Positions 60,801 to 64,000 of a DNA stretch of 64,000 nucleotides are shown here, piece after piece (the first letter of the stretch is position 1; every line of letters starts with the position of its first letter). Position numbers and translations under genes: made by a program. The DNA is from Macrostomum lignano. Lineage: Eukaryota. The stretch covers positions 1-64,000 of the forward strand of contig NIVC01001950.1 in the NCBI GenBank assembly GCA_002269645.1. The letters are read 5' to 3'. The notes beneath the pieces are model-generated. The model saw only the letters and a program-made list of their open reading frames with translations, was not told the DNA's origin and ran no database searches.

Positions 60801-63189
60801 TCGAACAGCGACAGAGCATATCGGGCAGTCTCGCACCCCAGCTGCTCCCCTAATAGGAACACGAAATTCCCTAAGCCTATGCACATTAGCAATCATTAGG
60901 TTCTGCATAGACAAAAAGTACATGTTTATACATTTCATTCTCTCTAGAAAATTGAGTTTCAGAATAGAATTCTGCGAGAGAAGTTATAGAAAGCAATCAT
61001 GCTTCTCTTTAAGGATAAAACTTTTCTTCTTTTTATCTGTCAATGCCTTTTTTGCCGCCTATAGTTGGAAAGTGCAAGATGTTTTAATAAATATTTATAA
61101 TTTATCTTATGGTCACCAAACCATGATAAAACCGTCTTAGTCCCCCTCTGACCAACCATATATTACTGCTAAGATGACAGCAGCAGTGTTGCTAGGGAGG
61201 TCGAAAAAATAATCTGTGGATTTTTAAGCTTGCAGACTGGGTTGGTCAGCAGGGCTGGCCATAGACTATCGCTGCCCAGTTTTGGGCTGGTCAGCAGGGC
61301 TGGCCATAGACTATCGCTGCCCAGTTTTGGGCTGGTCAGCAGGGCTGGCCATAGACTATCGCTGCCCAGTTTTGGGCTGGTCAGCAGGGCTGGCCATAGA
61401 CTGTTGCTACCCAGTTTTGGGTTGGTCAGCAGGGCTGGCCATAGACTATCGCTGCCCAGCTTTGGGTTGGTCAGCAGGGCTGGCCATAGACTATCGCTGC
61501 CCAGCTTTGGGTTGGTCAGCAGGGCTGGCCATAGACTATCGCTGCCCAGCTTTGGGTTGGTCAGCAGGGCTGGCCATAGACTATCGCTGCCCAGCTTTGG
61601 GTTGGTCAGCAGGGCTGGCCATAGACTATCGCTGCCCAGCTTTGGGTTGGTCAGCAGGGCTGGCCATAGACTATCGCTGCCCAGCTTTGGGTTGGTCAGC
61701 AGGGCTGGCCATAGACTATCGCTGCCCAGCTTTGGGTTGGTCAGCAGGGCTGGCCATAGACTATCGCTGCCCAGCTTTGGGTTGGTCAGCAGGGCTGGCC
61801 AAAGACTATCGCTACCCAATTTTGGGCTGGTCAGCAGGGCTGGCCATAGACTATTGCTACCCAGCTTTGGGCTGGTCAGCAGGGCTGGCCATAGACTGTT
61901 GCTACCCAGTTTTGGGCTGGTCAGCAGGGCTGGCTATAGACTGTTGCTACCCAGTTTTGGGCTGGTCAGCAGGGCTGGCCATAGACTGTTGCTGCCCAGC
62001 TTTGGGCTGGTCTGCAGGGCTGGCCATAGACTGTTGCTACCCAGTTTTGGGCTGGTCAGCAGGGCTGGCTATAGACTGTTGCTACCCAGTTTTGGGCTGG
62101 TCAGCAGGGCTGGCCATAGACTGTTGCTACCAGTTTTGGGCTGGTCAGCAGGGCTGGCCATAGACTATTGCTACCCAGTTTTGGGCTGGTCAGCAGGGCT
62201 GGCCATAGACTATTGCTACCCAGTTTTGGGCTGGTCAGCAGGGCTGGCCATAGACTATTGCTACCCAGTTTTGGGCTGGTCAGCAGGGCTGGCCATAGAC
62301 TATTGCTACCCAGTTTTGGGTTGGTCAGCAGGGCTGGCCATAGACTATTGCTACCCAGTTTTGGGTTGGTCAGCAGGGCTGGCCATAGACTATTGCTACC
62401 CAGTTTAACACACTCTGCTATGCACACAGTGGTCTCAAACTTATTTCTAAGATAAATCGCTTTTAGTGTCTCTATTATACTGCAATTTTCTTAAGATACA
62501 CCGCGATATGTGATATGTGATTATCAGAATGTCTTCAAGGACTTTAAGTCAGTGCTATGACGGATCGCTCATTTCTAAAAGTACATTTCAAGCTAACCTG
62601 TTCAAGCCAAACGTTTGTCGTTAGAACCTGGTTGACCTCGTCCTGAAACAGAAAGAAAACAATAATGGATAATATTATTCAGAAGCTTTCAGTTGCTTTC
62701 AAGTTAGATAATTAAGGTATAAAAAATCTTGATAAATGACTGCAGGTATGGCAAACCATATCCGTGATGAGGATCAGTGCGAAGCCGAACGTCACCGTAA
62801 CCTGATCGGACGCGTTGATCACCGGACGAACGGAGGCGTCATAACGCTGCATCATCGCCTCCATCAGTCTTTGTTCGTCCGGTTTAACCCGACCAGGCCT
62901 GGGTTCGAGCGCTCCTGCTGGGGTGGTGATTGGTGGGGAATCAGGGAGGATAAACCAAACTCACCAGCTGAGAGATCTGAACCATGGCTATCTGGAATCG
63001 AACTTCAACAGTTTTGCCAGCATGAATTGTCGGTCTGGATGCCGGATCGTACGAGGACAATATTCGATGCAGAAGTCTTTGTTCGTCAGTCCAAGTGGAC
63101 TGATTGAACGCAGAGCATTCGCTGCATCTGCTGGCTACAAAGACTATGATGGAACAAAGAGTCAAGAGTCCAGTTGGTCTGCCGTGCAT
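54878..63189 (-). CDS. Nicotinic acetylcholine receptor subunit, non-alpha type. Exons 63189-62965, 62642-62598, 60161-60052, 59563-59366, 59292-59214, 56351-56093, 55596-54878
   Basis: All junctions are GT-AG and in phase. Signal-peptide-like N-terminus, WLPDIVLYN, Cys-loop [21 protein letters not shown]1-TM2 [19 protein letters not shown]3, TM4 W..LA.IVDR. Confidence 0.93.
56410..57165. repeat. 26-bp minisatellite (with 16-bp variants) in nAChR intron
   Basis: GCTGAGATTAGATTTAGCCTGAGACA units. Confidence 0.95.
57655..59150. repeat. 21-bp minisatellite in nAChR intron
   Basis: TCTATTTCCATCAGTTCCATG x ~70. Confidence 0.97.
59605..60045. repeat. 23-bp minisatellite filling nAChR intron
   Basis: AGAATCAGTGTGTCAGTGTCTGT units. 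Confidence 0.95.
60295..60575. repeat. 23-bp minisatellite in nAChR intron
   Basis: ACTGACACATCTACTTAAGCACT units. Confidence 0.9.
61235..62405. repeat. 45/44-bp minisatellite in nAChR intron
   Basis: GGTTGGTCAGCAGGGCTGGCCATAGACTATCGCTGCCCAGCTTTG x ~26, with a 44-bp variant at the distal end. Confidence 0.97.
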
Positions 63190-64000
63190 GTCTGTGATGT
63201 CCCTTGTTCGAGAGGCGTGTAGCAAAAGGAATCCACAAGCGACGGTATGGCCTTTTTAGTAGAGATTCGCCACTCGCAATTCGTCAGTTGATTTGTCAAC
63301 AGACCATGGGGAAGAGAGAGACAGACTCAGCTCGCAGCTTGTCCCTCTATTCTCAGTCTTCCTCCCGCCTTGCCTGGTCGAATTTGTGGAGCAGTTCGAA
63401 GCAAGAACTCAAAATGCCACGTCGCCTCGCTTTGTAACACGCCTCAGCGGCCCTTTGCTCTACCTCTGATCTATATTGACTGGGATAACTTCGTTATTCA
63501 GACTGTGGTGAGCTTTTAGGCCTCTCCTGATCATCTGCTTGCTGCCTACTGGGTGCACGCGAGCATCAAAATATGTTTTTCTTTTTTGACAAAAAACACT
63601 TTTTTATGCAGGTGTTTTTCTGCTTTAATTCAGCAGCATTATAATTAATTTTCGCTGTCAGAGAAATTCTTTATTTCGATTTTTTACAATTAACTACGAG
63701 TAATAAAATCGTCGTTATTATTTTTTTTTACTACTGACAGCAGACTGTTGAGGTATTTGTTGAATTTTTCTAGTTGGGAATCTTTGAGAAGTTTTTCTTC
63801 GAATCTTAGAGTTTTCAGTTAATCCTCATGATCCAAGCTCCAGCTCAATGCACACTGAGACGGATTAAGGGAGCTTTCTAGGAAACTCCTGCTCAGATTT
63901 GATGATAAATTGATGCTGCTGAGTTGAAAATGCATCAAACCCTGGTGAAGGATTATTTAAAACGTTCCTGAGTTTTACGGCTTAACAGGTTTTGCTAGTT

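Noticed and set aside
51645-62405. CRISPR-like appearance of regular short repeats
   Set aside because: Units are head-to-tail without unique spacers, there are no cas genes, and the context is eukaryotic.
61169-62455. Long 15-aa repeat ORFs
   Set aside because: 45-bp intronic minisatellite whose frame shifts where the unit becomes 44 bp.

Overview
Eukaryotic (intron-containing, invertebrate-animal-like) genomic DNA. The minisatellite-packed introns are reminiscent of flatworms such as Macrostomum, but that is inference only. The first ~48 kb is almost entirely transposon-derived. It holds a near-intact, recently inserted Ty3/Gypsy LTR retrotransposon (2505-12449, minus strand, CTAG TSD, tRNA-Gln PBS) and a deleted relative of it (~20.4-22.7 kb). 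It also holds a decayed Helitron/Helentron OTU-Rep-PIF1 gene (29.4-34.9 kb) with extra spliced and divergent ORFs, MULE and mariner fragments, several MITEs, and a small spliced RGG + CCHC + polyQ gene facing another small spliced ORF. The last 15 kb holds two convergent host genes, MTMR14 (+) and a 7-exon nicotinic acetylcholine receptor subunit lacking the loop-C vicinal cysteines (-), with most introns filled by different minisatellites. The most unusual signals are in the Gypsy family. One is a CSDE1/Unr-like cold-shock domain inserted between the Gag zinc knuckle and the protease. The other is a set of antisense, codon-constrained, Tudor-like (F/L-I-D-Y/F/N-G-N) coding islands between pol and the 3' LTR, conserved in both copies.
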